From Elusimicrobiota bacterium (GTDB lineage Bacteria; Elusimicrobiota; Elusimicrobia; Elusimicrobiales; UBA9959): a stretch of DNA of 49,071 nucleotides. Under the pieces are notes generated by a model. That model saw nothing but the letters and a program-made list of their open reading frames with translations. It searched no databases and had not been told where the DNA came from. The stretch is taken from positions 1 to 49,071 of the forward strand of contig JAPLKJ010000219.1 of the NCBI GenBank assembly GCA_026388125.1. Direction: 5' to 3'. Made by a program: the position numbers and the translations under genes. This document shows positions 1 to 9,011 of this stretch, piece by piece (within the stretch, counting starts at the first letter, position 1; each line of letters opens with the position of its first letter).

Positions 1-369
1 GTTCGGGGTCTGCGCCGTGAACTCCCAGGTCTGGCAGTTCATGTCGGGATACACCGGTGAATAAGGATGAGGCATGGGCGGCGGATGCGGCGGGTTCCAC
101 GGCTGGGGCGGAGGAGGCGGGGGATAGCCGCCGTGGCCGCCGGGACCGCCGGGGCCGGGATGATGATCGCCGCCGGGACCCTGCTGCGGGCCGCCCGGGC
201 CCTGGTGCGGGCCGCCGGGGCCCTGATGGCCGGGCTGCGGGCCGGGAGCCAGCGTACTTATCACGTCAAGGACGTCGCTGACACTCTTGTCGAAATCGGA
301 TTGCGCCGCGTACACTCCGGTGGAAAGCGACAGCGCCGCCGCTATCGCAAGTAAACCTGAATATTTCAT
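1..369 (-). CDS. Secreted Gly/Pro/His-rich hypothetical protein (3' end runs off window)
   Basis: Not in the ORF track. ATG at 369 follows SD-like AAGGGAGG; the frame is open to base 1: MKYSGLLAIAAALSLSTGVYAAQSDFDKSVSDVLDVISTLAPGPQPGHQGPGGPHQGPGG...YPPPPPPQPW...; signal-peptide-like N-terminus. Confidence 0.8.
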   Translation of the reverse strand, partial: MKYSGLLAIAAALSLSTGVYAAQSDFDKSVSDVLDVISTLAPGPQPGHQGPGGPHQGPGGPQQGPGGDHHPGPGGPGGHGGYPPPPPPQPWNPPHPPPMPHPYSPVYPDMNCQTWEFTAQTPN

Positions 370-596
370 AACCCTCCCTTTAGCTTAAACGCCTTCTGCT
401 GCATCTTATGGATAGTCTAAACAAAACAAAGGAATTCCCAATAGAGGCAATAGGCCCAGCTGCCCGAGGTTTAATGGCCTAAAGCCTTCTGGGCCTTTAA
501 GGCCTGCGCGGCCGGCCGCGCAGGACGCGTTTTACAGGGGAACCTTACTTTTGATAAGGTAACAACTGCATTATCCGAAAGGTGGAGGGAACATAT

Positions 597-1187
597 ATGA
601 TGAAAGACCCAATGAAAGCGCTGCTCTTAGCGGCCATGGCGGCGGTATTGGCCGCTCAACCGGCGAAATTAGCTTTTGCGGCCGACGAGCCGTGCGCCTC
701 AGACATTAACAAATTCTGCGCGGACGGAAAGCCAGGCGGCGGCCAGCTGCTGGACTGCCTGAACAGGAACGCGGCGAACCTGACGCCCTCCTGCAAGGCG
801 AAAGTAAAGGAATTGAACGCCGCCATAGTGCCCGCCAGGCCCTGCGCGGCCGACCAGGCCAAGTTCTGCAGGGACGTAAAGCCCGGAGGCGGCAAACTGC
901 TGGACTGCCTGAACAGGAACGAAGCGAACCTGACGGCCGCCTGCAAGGCGCAAGTGAAGGAATTGAACGCCGCCATTGTACCCGCCAGGCCCTGCGCGGC
1001 CGACCAGGCCAAGTTCTGCAGGGACGTAAAGCCCGGTGACGGCAAACTGCTGGACTGCCTTACCAGGAACGCGGCGAAGCTGGCGGCCCCCTGCAAAGCG
1101 CAGGTGGCGAAGCTGAACGCGGATATCAAAGCCGCCGGCCGGCCCAAACAAGCGCCGGCCGCGCAGAAGAAGCCAGCGGCTAAATAA
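597..1187 (+). CDS. Secreted cysteine-rich repeat protein (GLG1/Cys_rich_FGFR-like repeats x3)
   Basis: SD GGAGG before ATG 597; signal peptide ending AFA; three 50-aa units C-x6-C...LLDCL...C. Confidence 0.8.
   Translation: MMKDPMKALLLAAMAAVLAAQPAKLAFAADEPCASDINKFCADGKPGGGQLLDCLNRNAANLTPSCKAKVKELNAAIVPARPCAADQAKFCRDVKPGGGKLLDCLNRNEANLTAACKAQVKELNAAIVPARPCAADQAKFCRDVKPGDGKLLDCLTRNAAKLAAPCKAQVAKLNADIKAAGRPKQAPAAQKKPAAK
690..1120 (+). repeat. Intragenic tandem repeat, 150-bp period, 3 copies
   Basis: Units start at 690, 840 and 990; copies 2 and 3 begin with the identical CCCTGCGCGGCCGACCAGGCCAAGTTCTGCAGGGACGTAAAGCCCGG. Confidence 0.9.
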
Positions 1188-1201
1188 GCCCCTGCCGCAT
1201 T

Positions 1202-1234
1202 AAAAAAGCCGCGGAGCTGGTCCGCGGCTTTTTT
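1202..1234. terminator. Bidirectional rho-independent terminator
   Basis: AAAAAAGCCGCGGA-gctgg-TCCGCGGCTTTTTT between convergent genes. Confidence 0.9.
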
Positions 1235-1258
1235 ACGCCCGAAGATACGGACGGACGC

Positions 1259-2734
1259 CTACCCCGTCTCTCCTCCGGCGGCGGTGGAGACCAGGTTCTT
1301 AAGCGTTTCCAGCGAAGCGTGGTCGCCCAGGGAGATAAGTATATCCCCCTTCAGCATTTCGGTCTCGCCGCTGGGGATCAGGTATTTGGAATCGCGGAAG
1401 ATCAGCACTATCAGCGCCTCTTTGGGCACGCCCACTTCGAAAAGTTTCCTGCCGGCCGCCCGCGAGCCCGGCTGCACGATGAACTCCGTCATCTGCGCGT
1501 TTATATCGTAGCCGTCCTCCAGCGAGATAGGCGCCACCCTGGCCTCGGCCGCCGGCACCGCCAGCCCCAGCAGGCGCGCCGCGTACGCTATGGTGGTGCC
1601 CTGCAGCAGCGCCGAGGTGAGCACGCAGAAGAACACGATATTGAAGATCAGGTCAGAGCCTTTCACGCCGGCTATCAGCGGGAACGTGGCCAGCACGATG
1701 GGCGCGGCCCCGCGCAGCCCTACCCAGGAAATAAAAAGTTTTTCCCTGAACCCCAGCCTGAAAGGCGCCAGGGAGACGAACACGGCCAGCGGGCGCGCCA
1801 CGAAGATCAGCACGAAAGAGATGGCCAGCCCTTTCCACGCCACGGGCGCCAGGCGCGACGGATAGACCAGCAGCCCCAGCGCGAGGAACATGGCTATCTG
1901 CATCAGCCAGGCTATGCCCTCGTGGAAATACAGCAGCGGCTTCTTGTGCAGGAAGCCGCGCCCAGCCATCACCAGCCCGGCCACGTAGACCGCCAGGAAG
2001 CCGTTGCCTTTCAGCAGCGCCGTGGCGTAATAAGTGAGCAGTACCAGCGCCAGCGTGAACACCGAATACAGCCCCTCGTAATCCAGGTCCAGCCGGTTTA
2101 TGGCGTAAAGCATCAGGCGCGCCATCAGCCAGCCGGCCGCCAGGCCTATGCTCATCTCCAGCACGAAGGCCGGCAGCAGCAGAAAATAGCCCGCGCCGGA
2201 CGCGGAGATAACGCCTATCATGCCCACCGTCAGGAAAACGGCCGTGGGGTCGTTGCTGCCCGACTCCAGCTCCAGCAGGCCCCGCAGGCCGGGCCTGATG
2301 TTGGCGCTGCGCCCGCGCAGCGCGGCGAACACCGCCGCCGCGTCGGTGGAGGAAAGAACGGAGCCCAGCAGCAGGCCGGAGGGCAGGCTGAACCCCAGCG
2401 CGAAATGCGCGAACAGCCCCGCTACGAGCGCCGTAAGCACCGTCCCCGCCACCGCCAGCGCGAGCCCCTCTTTCACCACGGGCTTCACCGCCTTGATATC
2501 GGTGCCCAGCCCGCCGGCGAAAAGTATTATGGACAGCGCCAGCACGCCGGCGGCCTTGGCCAGCGGGGCGTTATCGAAATATACCCCGCCCAGGCCCTCC
2601 GAGCCGGCGAGCATGCCCATAACGATGAAGATCAGCAGCGCGGGCAGCCCTATCTTCGTAGAGGCTTTGCTGGCCAGCACGCTCACCGCTATCAGCAGCG
2701 CCGCGGCCGGGATAAGCTGTTCTATGCCTGTCAT
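1259..2734 (-). CDS. cvrA: K+/H+ antiporter (CvrA/NhaP2, CPA1 family) with C-terminal TrkA-C domain
   Basis: Motifs GMLAGSEGLGG, SSTDAAAVF, LELESGSNDP and WVGLRGAAPIVLA; multiple TM segments; RCK-C-like tail. Confidence 0.88.
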   Translation of the reverse strand: MTGIEQLIPAAALLIAVSVLASKASTKIGLPALLIFIVMGMLAGSEGLGGVYFDNAPLAKAAGVLALSIILFAGGLGTDIKAVKPVVKEGLALAVAGTVLTALVAGLFAHFALGFSLPSGLLLGSVLSSTDAAAVFAALRGRSANIRPGLRGLLELESGSNDPTAVFLTVGMIGVISASGAGYFLLLPAFVLEMSIGLAAGWLMARLMLYAINRLDLDYEGLYSVFTLALVLLTYYATALLKGNGFLAVYVAGLVMAGRGFLHKKPLLYFHEGIAWLMQIAMFLALGLLVYPSRLAPVAWKGLAISFVLIFVARPLAVFVSLAPFRLGFREKLFISWVGLRGAAPIVLATFPLIAGVKGSDLIFNIVFFCVLTSALLQGTTIAYAARLLGLAVPAAEARVAPISLEDGYDINAQMTEFIVQPGSRAAGRKLFEVGVPKEALIVLIFRDSKYLIPSGETEMLKGDILISLGDHASLETLKNLVSTAAGGETG

Positions 2735-2822
2735 CAGTGAAGAATTTTAGCAATTATGAATATTAAAAAACTCGCCGGCTTTTTGTATCATAACCAGAAG
2801 GGGAGCTTTCACGCTGCCGCAT

Positions 2823-3515
2823 ATGTCTAAAAAAATCCTGCTGGTGGACGACGAACGCCATGTACTGGAAGTAATGCGCTGTTACCTGGAGAACCACGGG
2901 TTCAACGTGATCTTCACGGACAGCAGCTCCGAGGCCCTGCTGCTGGCGCGGGAGGCGCGGCCCGACCTGGTATTGACCGACGCGGACATGCCGGGGCTGG
3001 ACGGGTTCGGGCTGTGCAAAGCGGTCAAAAGCCTGGCCGGCCGGACGCCGGTGCCGGTAATAATCATGTCCGGCAGGAAAACCTCCGACGGGGACATCAT
3101 CTCCGGCTACGACGGGGGCGCGGACGAATACCTTTTAAAACCTCTTTCCTTCCCGGTGCTGGTCGCCATAATCAACGCGGTGCTCAGGCGCTACAGCGCC
3201 TGCGCGCAGGACAATTCCGCCCGGGTCAGCACGCTGGGGATGGTCATAGACCCCGCCGCGCGCACCGTGCTGGTGGACAGCAAGCCGGCGCCGCTTACCC
3301 GCAAAGAGTTCGACCTGCTGGCCCTGCTGCTGGAGAAAGAGAACCGCGTGCTGAGCGTGCCTTATATACTGGAAACGGTCTGGGGCTACGACACGGCCAG
3401 CTACAACGATCCCCATACCGTGGAAGTGCATATCTATTCGCTCAGAAAAAAGCTGGGGCCCGCCATAGCCGCTCATATAGTGAGCGTCATGGGGCACGGC
3501 TATAAATTCGAATAA
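2823..3515 (+). CDS. OmpR/PhoB-family response regulator
   Basis: Receiver domain (LLVDDE, D-x-DMPG, KP) plus winged helix (LTRKEFDLL, VEVHIYSLRKKL, GHGYKF). Confidence 0.92.
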   Translation: MSKKILLVDDERHVLEVMRCYLENHGFNVIFTDSSSEALLLAREARPDLVLTDADMPGLDGFGLCKAVKSLAGRTPVPVIIMSGRKTSDGDIISGYDGGADEYLLKPLSFPVLVAIINAVLRRYSACAQDNSARVSTLGMVIDPAARTVLVDSKPAPLTRKEFDLLALLLEKENRVLSVPYILETVWGYDTASYNDPHTVEVHIYSLRKKLGPAIAAHIVSVMGHGYKFE

Positions 3516-3542
3516 GCCGCCCTCCCGCCGCCTTAAGAACCC

Positions 3543-3583
3543 ATATTTGAGCAGGATTTGAACCGGTTTTGATGAGGATTTTA
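3543..3583 (+). promoter_or_regulatory. Four direct repeats at 11-bp period, probable OmpR-type operator
   Basis: ATATTTGA 3543, GGATTTGA 3554, GGTTTTGA 3565, GGATTTTA 3576, followed by -10-like TACCAT/TACTAT upstream of the ORF at 3627. Confidence 0.55.
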
Positions 3584-3626
3584 GACCGCCAACGTATACC
3601 ATTACTATAGGGCTGGAGGCGATGTT

Positions 3627-4409
3627 ATGACAGCCGGCTTTTCGTGGTGCATACGTTTCGCGGCAGCGGCCCTGGGCGCCGCGCTGCTTCTGTTGTGCAG
3701 CGCGGCGCCGTGCTTTGCCGGGGAGTATGAAAGGGCTGCCGGGCAACTGGTGAAAGCCGCCGCGGAAAAAGGCCTCACCCGGCTGGCCATCGGCGGCTTC
3801 ACGGCGCGGGAACAAGCCGTCCCCGAGGAGGCTGCAGCGGCGCAGCGGCGCCTCTCCGAAACGCTTTACGGAACGCCGGGCGTCGGCGTTATGGACACGG
3901 CGGTGCTGGAGAAAATGCAGGAGCGCGGCCGGCTCTGGGCCCAAGTGCTGGTAAAAGGGCAGGTGTACAGGACCGGGGCCGGCCTGTTCCTGGTATTAAA
4001 AGCGGTCGACCTGCGCACCGGGCGCCCCATGGGTACCATGCAGATAAACGCCGGCAGCGGGCCGGAAGCCTTCCCCAAGGACCTGCGCGACGCGCCCGGC
4101 GGCCTGAAGGATTCCGCCTGCGCCAAAGCTTCCGATGAGCTGCTCAAGGAGAACCTGGCCGCCGTCGACCAGAAGGCGCGCTACTGGGCCGCCCGGGCGC
4201 GCGAGCCCGGCTTCTCTTACGCCGGGCTGGACCGGGCGCCGGGCAGCGAGCTCAGGGATTACCCGACGATACAGAAATTTTACGCGCTGCTCAACGCCTA
4301 TTACGAGCAGGACGCCCCTGTAACGCTTGCGCCGGCCGAGCTGGCCGGCGTAAAGAAGCTGCTGGAGAAGGAGGCCGCCTTCCTGCGCGCCTGCCCGGAG
4401 ACGAAGTGA
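3627..4409 (+). CDS. Exported hypothetical protein (N-terminal region loosely FlgO/CsgG-like)
   Basis: Signal-peptide-like N-terminus; host-like codon usage; family assignment is weak. Confidence 0.65.
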   Translation: MTAGFSWCIRFAAAALGAALLLLCSAAPCFAGEYERAAGQLVKAAAEKGLTRLAIGGFTAREQAVPEEAAAAQRRLSETLYGTPGVGVMDTAVLEKMQERGRLWAQVLVKGQVYRTGAGLFLVLKAVDLRTGRPMGTMQINAGSGPEAFPKDLRDAPGGLKDSACAKASDELLKENLAAVDQKARYWAARAREPGFSYAGLDRAPGSELRDYPTIQKFYALLNAYYEQDAPVTLAPAELAGVKKLLEKEAAFLRACPETK

Positions 4410-4441
4410 GTTCCGGGCCGCGGGTTTTCTCCGGCTTTTTC

Positions 4442-4481
4442 AAAGCCGTTCCGCTTTTGGTATCATAGCGGAGCGGCTTTT
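4442..4481 (+). terminator. Probable terminator hairpin
   Basis: AAAGCCGTTCCGCT...AGCGGAGCGGCTTTT, a 14-bp stem with one G-U pair. Confidence 0.4.
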
Positions 4482-4509
4482 CAGCGCTCAGCTTCGGACC
4501 AGAACAACG

Positions 4510-6309
4510 ATGATACCGGAATATTTTCTTTACCTCACCCTTGTCCTCGCCTGGGCCCTTAATATTTATTTTTTCTGCCGTTTCGCCGTGCGGTGGCATA
4601 AGAGCGAGCCCTCGCCCGCCAAAGCCTGGGGCGCGCTGGCCGCGGTCTGCCTGCCGGCCCTAGCCGTCACTTTTTTCCTGGCCGCGCGCGGCGGCAGCGG
4701 CAGCGACCAGGACCTCCTCTACCTCGGCGCGAAATTCCTCCGGTCCGGCCTTAAACGCGTTTTCGAGCTCAGGGAGGTCGCGCCGCTGCTCACTGACCAG
4801 CTGACGGACGCGCTCAGCGGCGATTCGCTGCGCGCCCTCCTGTGGAAGAACCGCCTGCTTTTTTCGGCCTCCGCGTTCCTGTTCTTCGCCGGGCTGCGCC
4901 GGCTGGGCGCCGGGCTCACGGTCAGCTTTCTCGCCTCCGCTTTTCTTTTCTGGAACTTCCTGGCCCCGCTCAACGCCAACACGTTCTCCGCCACCGCCCC
5001 GAACCTGTTCATCTGGCTGCTGGCGCTGACCGCGCTGTTCGACGCGCACATGAGCGCCGATATCGGCGGCCGGCAGCTGGCCTGGCTGCTCGCCTCAGCC
5101 CTGCTCACCGCGGGCGGGCGCCCGGAATTCCTGCCGGTGAACCTGGCCCTGCTGGCCCTCTCGGCCGCGGCCAGGCCCGCGGCCTGGAAAAAATGCCTGG
5201 GCGCCCCCGCGGCCCGCTGGCTGCTGCCCGCTGCGGCGTGCGTTGCGGCGGCCTGGACCATACATTTCCACGGCCTGTCGGGCGGCGGCTCCACCCCCGC
5301 GCCCTGGGTGTTCCCGCTGAAGGGCCTGTTCTACCGGGCCGGCGCCGCGCAGGCGCCCGACGCCTATCCGCTGCAGTTCATGCGCCAGCAGCTGTATTTT
5401 TTCCTGCCGTTCGCCTACCTTTTCGCGCTGGCCGCCGCGGGCCTGCTGGCCCTGGCCGCCAATAAACCGGAGCGGTGGCGCCGGCGGGCCGCGTTGACCG
5501 CCGCGCTGCTGACGGCGGGCTACGCCTGGCTGAATTTTTCCGCCGCCCTCCGGCTCAACGCCGCGCGCAGCCCCGGCGACCTGGAGCTGGAATTCCTCTC
5601 CGGCGCGCAGCGCGCCTGGGTCCCCGGCTGCAGCATTTATTCTTCCGACGAACAGCCTGACCGCGCGGCCGTCCTGAAAAAATATTTCAGTTTCTCCGAC
5701 CTGTGCGGGAACTGCGCGGACGCCTGCCGGCCGGCTCCGGAGAACTGCGTGCTGGAATACCGGCCCCCGTCCGGCACCTCCCCCGCGCCGGCGCTGGCGA
5801 AGATGGACGCCAAGGCCATACTCGGCGTTAAGGCCGCCTGCCCGGGGGCCGGCAAGCCCGGCCAGGCGCCGCGCGCCGCCGCGTCGGAAAAGCCGACCAC
5901 CGGCTACGGGGTGTCTTACGACCCCTGGCGCGATATCGGCGCCGATATCAGGAGCGCGCGGGCGGCGGCCAAAGCCTCCGGCCGGCGCGTGCTGGTGCTG
6001 GTGGGCGGCGACTGGTGCAGCTGGTGCGCCACTATGGAGGGGCTGTTCGGCAAAAATCCCGACCTCAAAGCTTTTCTTGGCGCGCACTTCGTAAAAGTTA
6101 AGGCCTATTACAATCCTTCCGAGATGCCGCTGCCCGCGGCCCTGGCGGGCTATCCGGCCATACCCGGCTACCCGCACATCTACGTCCTTAACGCCGACGG
6201 GACCGTATTCGAATCCCGGGACACCACCACGCTCGAGAACGATTCCGGCGGCTACGACAGGGAGAAATTCTTCGCTTTCCTGAAAAAAGCCGCCCCGCCG
6301 GCGAAATAG
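4510..6309 (+). CDS. Polytopic membrane protein with C-terminal thioredoxin-like domain
   Basis: Many hydrophobic segments, then KASGRRVLVLVGGDWCSWC and GYPHIYVL (thioredoxin fold with cis-Pro loop). Confidence 0.7.
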   Translation: MIPEYFLYLTLVLAWALNIYFFCRFAVRWHKSEPSPAKAWGALAAVCLPALAVTFFLAARGGSGSDQDLLYLGAKFLRSGLKRVFELREVAPLLTDQLTDALSGDSLRALLWKNRLLFSASAFLFFAGLRRLGAGLTVSFLASAFLFWNFLAPLNANTFSATAPNLFIWLLALTALFDAHMSADIGGRQLAWLLASALLTAGGRPEFLPVNLALLALSAAARPAAWKKCLGAPAARWLLPAAACVAAAWTIHFHGLSGGGSTPAPWVFPLKGLFYRAGAAQAPDAYPLQFMRQQLYFFLPFAYLFALAAAGLLALAANKPERWRRRAALTAALLTAGYAWLNFSAALRLNAARSPGDLELEFLSGAQRAWVPGCSIYSSDEQPDRAAVLKKYFSFSDLCGNCADACRPAPENCVLEYRPPSGTSPAPALAKMDAKAILGVKAACPGAGKPGQAPRAAASEKPTTGYGVSYDPWRDIGADIRSARAAAKASGRRVLVLVGGDWCSWCATMEGLFGKNPDLKAFLGAHFVKVKAYYNPSEMPLPAALAGYPAIPGYPHIYVLNADGTVFESRDTTTLENDSGGYDREKFFAFLKKAAPPAK

Positions 6310-6401
6310 CCGGGCGGACAAGCCTCCGGCAAGTTTTGTATCATACCCTCAGCGCCGCCCGCCGTTCGCGTGACGGCCCGCGGCATAAATTTTAAAGCCA
6401 C

Positions 6402-7700
6402 ATGAAATTCCCCGGAAAAAGAAAGAACAAACATTACTTCCCGGTCACCGAGAAAGGACGCGAGAGCGCCGACCCGCATTTCCTGCAGACCGAGCCGTTC
6501 TACCTGGCGGGCATCGACCAGCTGCTGGTGGATATCGAATGCTCCGTGGAGCCTGAATTCCTGCCCCGCTACCGGCTGAAAAAAGGCGAGTCGCAGATCC
6601 TCGAGGACGGCGTCGCCGAGGCCATCTACCGGGAACTGAAGGCGGGAGGCAGGATACTGGGCGAATACGCCGGCGGCTCGGTGGGCAACACCCTGCACAA
6701 CTATTCGGTGCTGTCCGAAGAGCGCTCGGTGGCCCTCGGCGCCATCACGCGCAACATCACGGTGGGCGACTACGCCTTCAAATACATCCGCAACACCAGC
6801 GCTAAAGTGGACCTGTCCTATCTCCAGCCGTCGGACAACCCCATGGGCCGCGCCATGTGCTTCGTCACCCCCGACGGGGAACGCACCTTCGGCATCAGCA
6901 AAGGCTGCATGAACGACCTGGCCCCGGAATTCATCCCGGCGGACGTGATAGAGAAGGCCTCGGCCCTGCTTATCTCGGCCTATATCCTGCGCGACGAAGG
7001 TGCCCCTATTTTCAACTCCACGGTGAAGGCCTGCGAACTGGCCCTGAAGGCGAAGGTGCCGGTGGTGATGACGCTGGGCACCAGTTCGCTGATAGGTCCC
7101 CGGCGCGATTTTTTCCGGGATTTCATACAGAAATACGTGACCTGCGCGGCCATGAACGACCTGGAGGCGCTGGCCCTTACCGGCTTCAGCGACCCGCTGC
7201 TGGCCGCGCAGTACGTGCTGGACCTGGCCGATTTCGCGCTGCTTACCGTGGGCGCGCACGGGCTTTACCTGGCCGGGCACGTGGACGAGCAGTTCGCGAG
7301 AAGGACCACGTACAAACTGCACACCAAGTCCATAGTGGACTACAACATGTACGAGTTCAGCCGCCCGATGCGCAAAAGCGACTGCGCCAAACCTTTGAAG
7401 ATCTACACCCATATCAACCCGTTCATGGGCGGCCCGCGGGTGATAAAGAACACCAACGGCGCCGGCGACGGCGCGCTGGCGGCGCTGCTGCACGACCTCA
7501 GCGCCCGCAAGTACCACCAGGCCAAAGTGCCGAATTCGCCCAAGAACCTGATAAATTCCCTGACCTACTCTTCCCTGTCGCAGATCTCGAAATATGCCAA
7601 CCGCGTGAGTTTCGAGGTGCTGGCGCAGAACTCCCCGCGCCTGATGCGCGCCCTGCCCGAAAGGGAGGACAACCTGCAGGAAGCGTACTGGGACACCTGA
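6402..7700 (+). CDS. gsk: Inosine/guanosine kinase (PfkB family)
   Basis: N-terminus MKFPGKRKNKHYFPV, GIDQLLVDIE, NTNGAGDGALAALLHD and C-terminal LPEREDNLQEAYWD match E. coli Gsk as recalled. Confidence 0.93.
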   Translation: MKFPGKRKNKHYFPVTEKGRESADPHFLQTEPFYLAGIDQLLVDIECSVEPEFLPRYRLKKGESQILEDGVAEAIYRELKAGGRILGEYAGGSVGNTLHNYSVLSEERSVALGAITRNITVGDYAFKYIRNTSAKVDLSYLQPSDNPMGRAMCFVTPDGERTFGISKGCMNDLAPEFIPADVIEKASALLISAYILRDEGAPIFNSTVKACELALKAKVPVVMTLGTSSLIGPRRDFFRDFIQKYVTCAAMNDLEALALTGFSDPLLAAQYVLDLADFALLTVGAHGLYLAGHVDEQFARRTTYKLHTKSIVDYNMYEFSRPMRKSDCAKPLKIYTHINPFMGGPRVIKNTNGAGDGALAALLHDLSARKYHQAKVPNSPKNLINSLTYSSLSQISKYANRVSFEVLAQNSPRLMRALPEREDNLQEAYWDT

Positions 7701-7734
7701 ACCCCGCGGCGGCGCGGGCCCGCCGGGCGGTTTA

Positions 7735-8067
7735 TTATTTGAAGATAGAGAGGAAGGCGCTGACTATCCACAGCACCAGGGCGAACACCAGCGCCCACCA
7801 GAAGCTGGCCACCTGGAAACCCGGCACCAGCCAGCTCACCAGCTTCACCATGAAGCCGATTATCACAAAAGTGAACAGGCCCAGCGACAGGATGTTGATG
7901 GGCAGCGTAAGTATAAGCAGTATCGGCCGCAGCACGGCGTTGGCCAGGCCCAGCACCACGGCCACCACCAGCGCGGTCATGAAGCCGTCCAGCTTCACGC
8001 CCGGCAGTATCCGGGCGGTCACGAAGACGGCCACCGTGCTTAAAAGCAGATTAACGAGAATTTTCAT
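7735..8067 (-). CDS. YvlD-like 4-TM 'phage holin family' membrane protein
   Basis: Signature LGLANAVLRPILLILTLPINILSLGLFTFVI. Confidence 0.85.
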   Translation of the reverse strand: MKILVNLLLSTVAVFVTARILPGVKLDGFMTALVVAVVLGLANAVLRPILLILTLPINILSLGLFTFVIIGFMVKLVSWLVPGFQVASFWWALVFALVLWIVSAFLSIFK

Positions 8068-8080
8068 AGCGTCCTTATAA

Positions 8081-8590
8081 CTATTTCGGATAAATAAGTT
8101 TGTCCGTATCGAACCCCAGCGCCCTGGCCTTGGCCACCAGCCCGGCCGTCACGGCGGGAGACGGTTCGGGGCTGCGGGCCAGCAGCCACAGGTATGACCG
8201 GCCCGGGCCGGCCACCAGCGCGTACTGGTAATTTTCCTTGTCCAGCTCTAGTATGTAGTAGCCGCCGTAGAAAGGGCGGAAAAAACTCACCTTGAGGCTG
8301 CCGGTAGTCTTCTCGCCGGTGAAATAAGCCCGGCCCTCGGCCTCCTTCCATTCGTTCTTGCGGGGGTCGAAGCCTTTGTTCAGCACCCTCACGCCGCCGT
8401 CGCCGCGCAGCGAATACTCGGCGGTAACCTTTACGAGCCCGCGTTCGAAAGCATGGTCCAGCCGGGCCACCTCGTGCCAGACGCCGAGGTAGCGGCCCAG
8501 GTCGAAACCGTCCACCGGCCGCAGCCCCGCGGGCGCCGGCCCGCAGGCCGGCAGGAACGCCGCGCACGCCGCGAGCAGATATTTTTTCAT
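8081..8590 (-). CDS. blc: Lipocalin lipoprotein Blc
   Basis: Lipobox-like LPAC; motifs RYLGVWHEVARLDHAFERG, LKVSFFRPFYGGY and YLWLLARSP. Confidence 0.9.
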   Translation of the reverse strand: MKKYLLAACAAFLPACGPAPAGLRPVDGFDLGRYLGVWHEVARLDHAFERGLVKVTAEYSLRGDGGVRVLNKGFDPRKNEWKEAEGRAYFTGEKTTGSLKVSFFRPFYGGYYILELDKENYQYALVAGPGRSYLWLLARSPEPSPAVTAGLVAKARALGFDTDKLIYPK

Positions 8591-8621
8591 GCCGCGGCCC
8601 TTCGCCCGGTAGAATTTTTGG

Positions 8622-9011
8622 TCATTTTTTATCGGCCGCGTCCGCGCGGTCCGCCAGCGCCCTGCGCACGGCTTCCAGGAATTCCGCCACTTCGAAAGGC
8701 TTCTGAAAGCGCGCCGCCAGCTCCAGGCCGGCGGCTTTCTCCAGGAACTCCTCCGTGGCCAGGTAACCGGTTATCAGGATGCAGGGCGCGCCCGGGAATT
8801 TACCTTTGAAAGCCCGGATCACGTCCGCGCCGTCGCCGTCCGGCAGATGCCAGTCCACTATCAGCAGGTCCAGCTGGTTGGCGGAAATTATTTTCAGGGC
8901 CTCGCGCATTCCCGCCGCGGGCAGGAACTCGTACATCCCCCCCAGCAGGCGCCGGCCCAGCTTAAGTACCACTTCCTCATCGTCCACGAAAAGTATTTTA
9001 TTGGTTTTCAT
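8622..9011 (-). CDS. Single-domain response regulator
   Basis: ILFVDDE, VDWHLPDGDG, ITGY and KPF; overlaps the kinase stop. Confidence 0.88.
   Translation of the reverse strand: MKTNKILFVDDEEVVLKLGRRLLGGMYEFLPAAGMREALKIISANQLDLLIVDWHLPDGDGADVIRAFKGKFPGAPCILITGYLATEEFLEKAAGLELAARFQKPFEVAEFLEAVRRALADRADAADKK

Noticed and set aside
57-354. Plus-strand ORFs 57..281 and 67..354
   Set aside because: They are antisense to the better-supported minus-strand gene starting at 369, which has an SD and signal peptide.
7735-8067. Holin as evidence of a prophage
   Set aside because: YvlD-like proteins are common chromosomal genes; no endolysin or phage genes are nearby.
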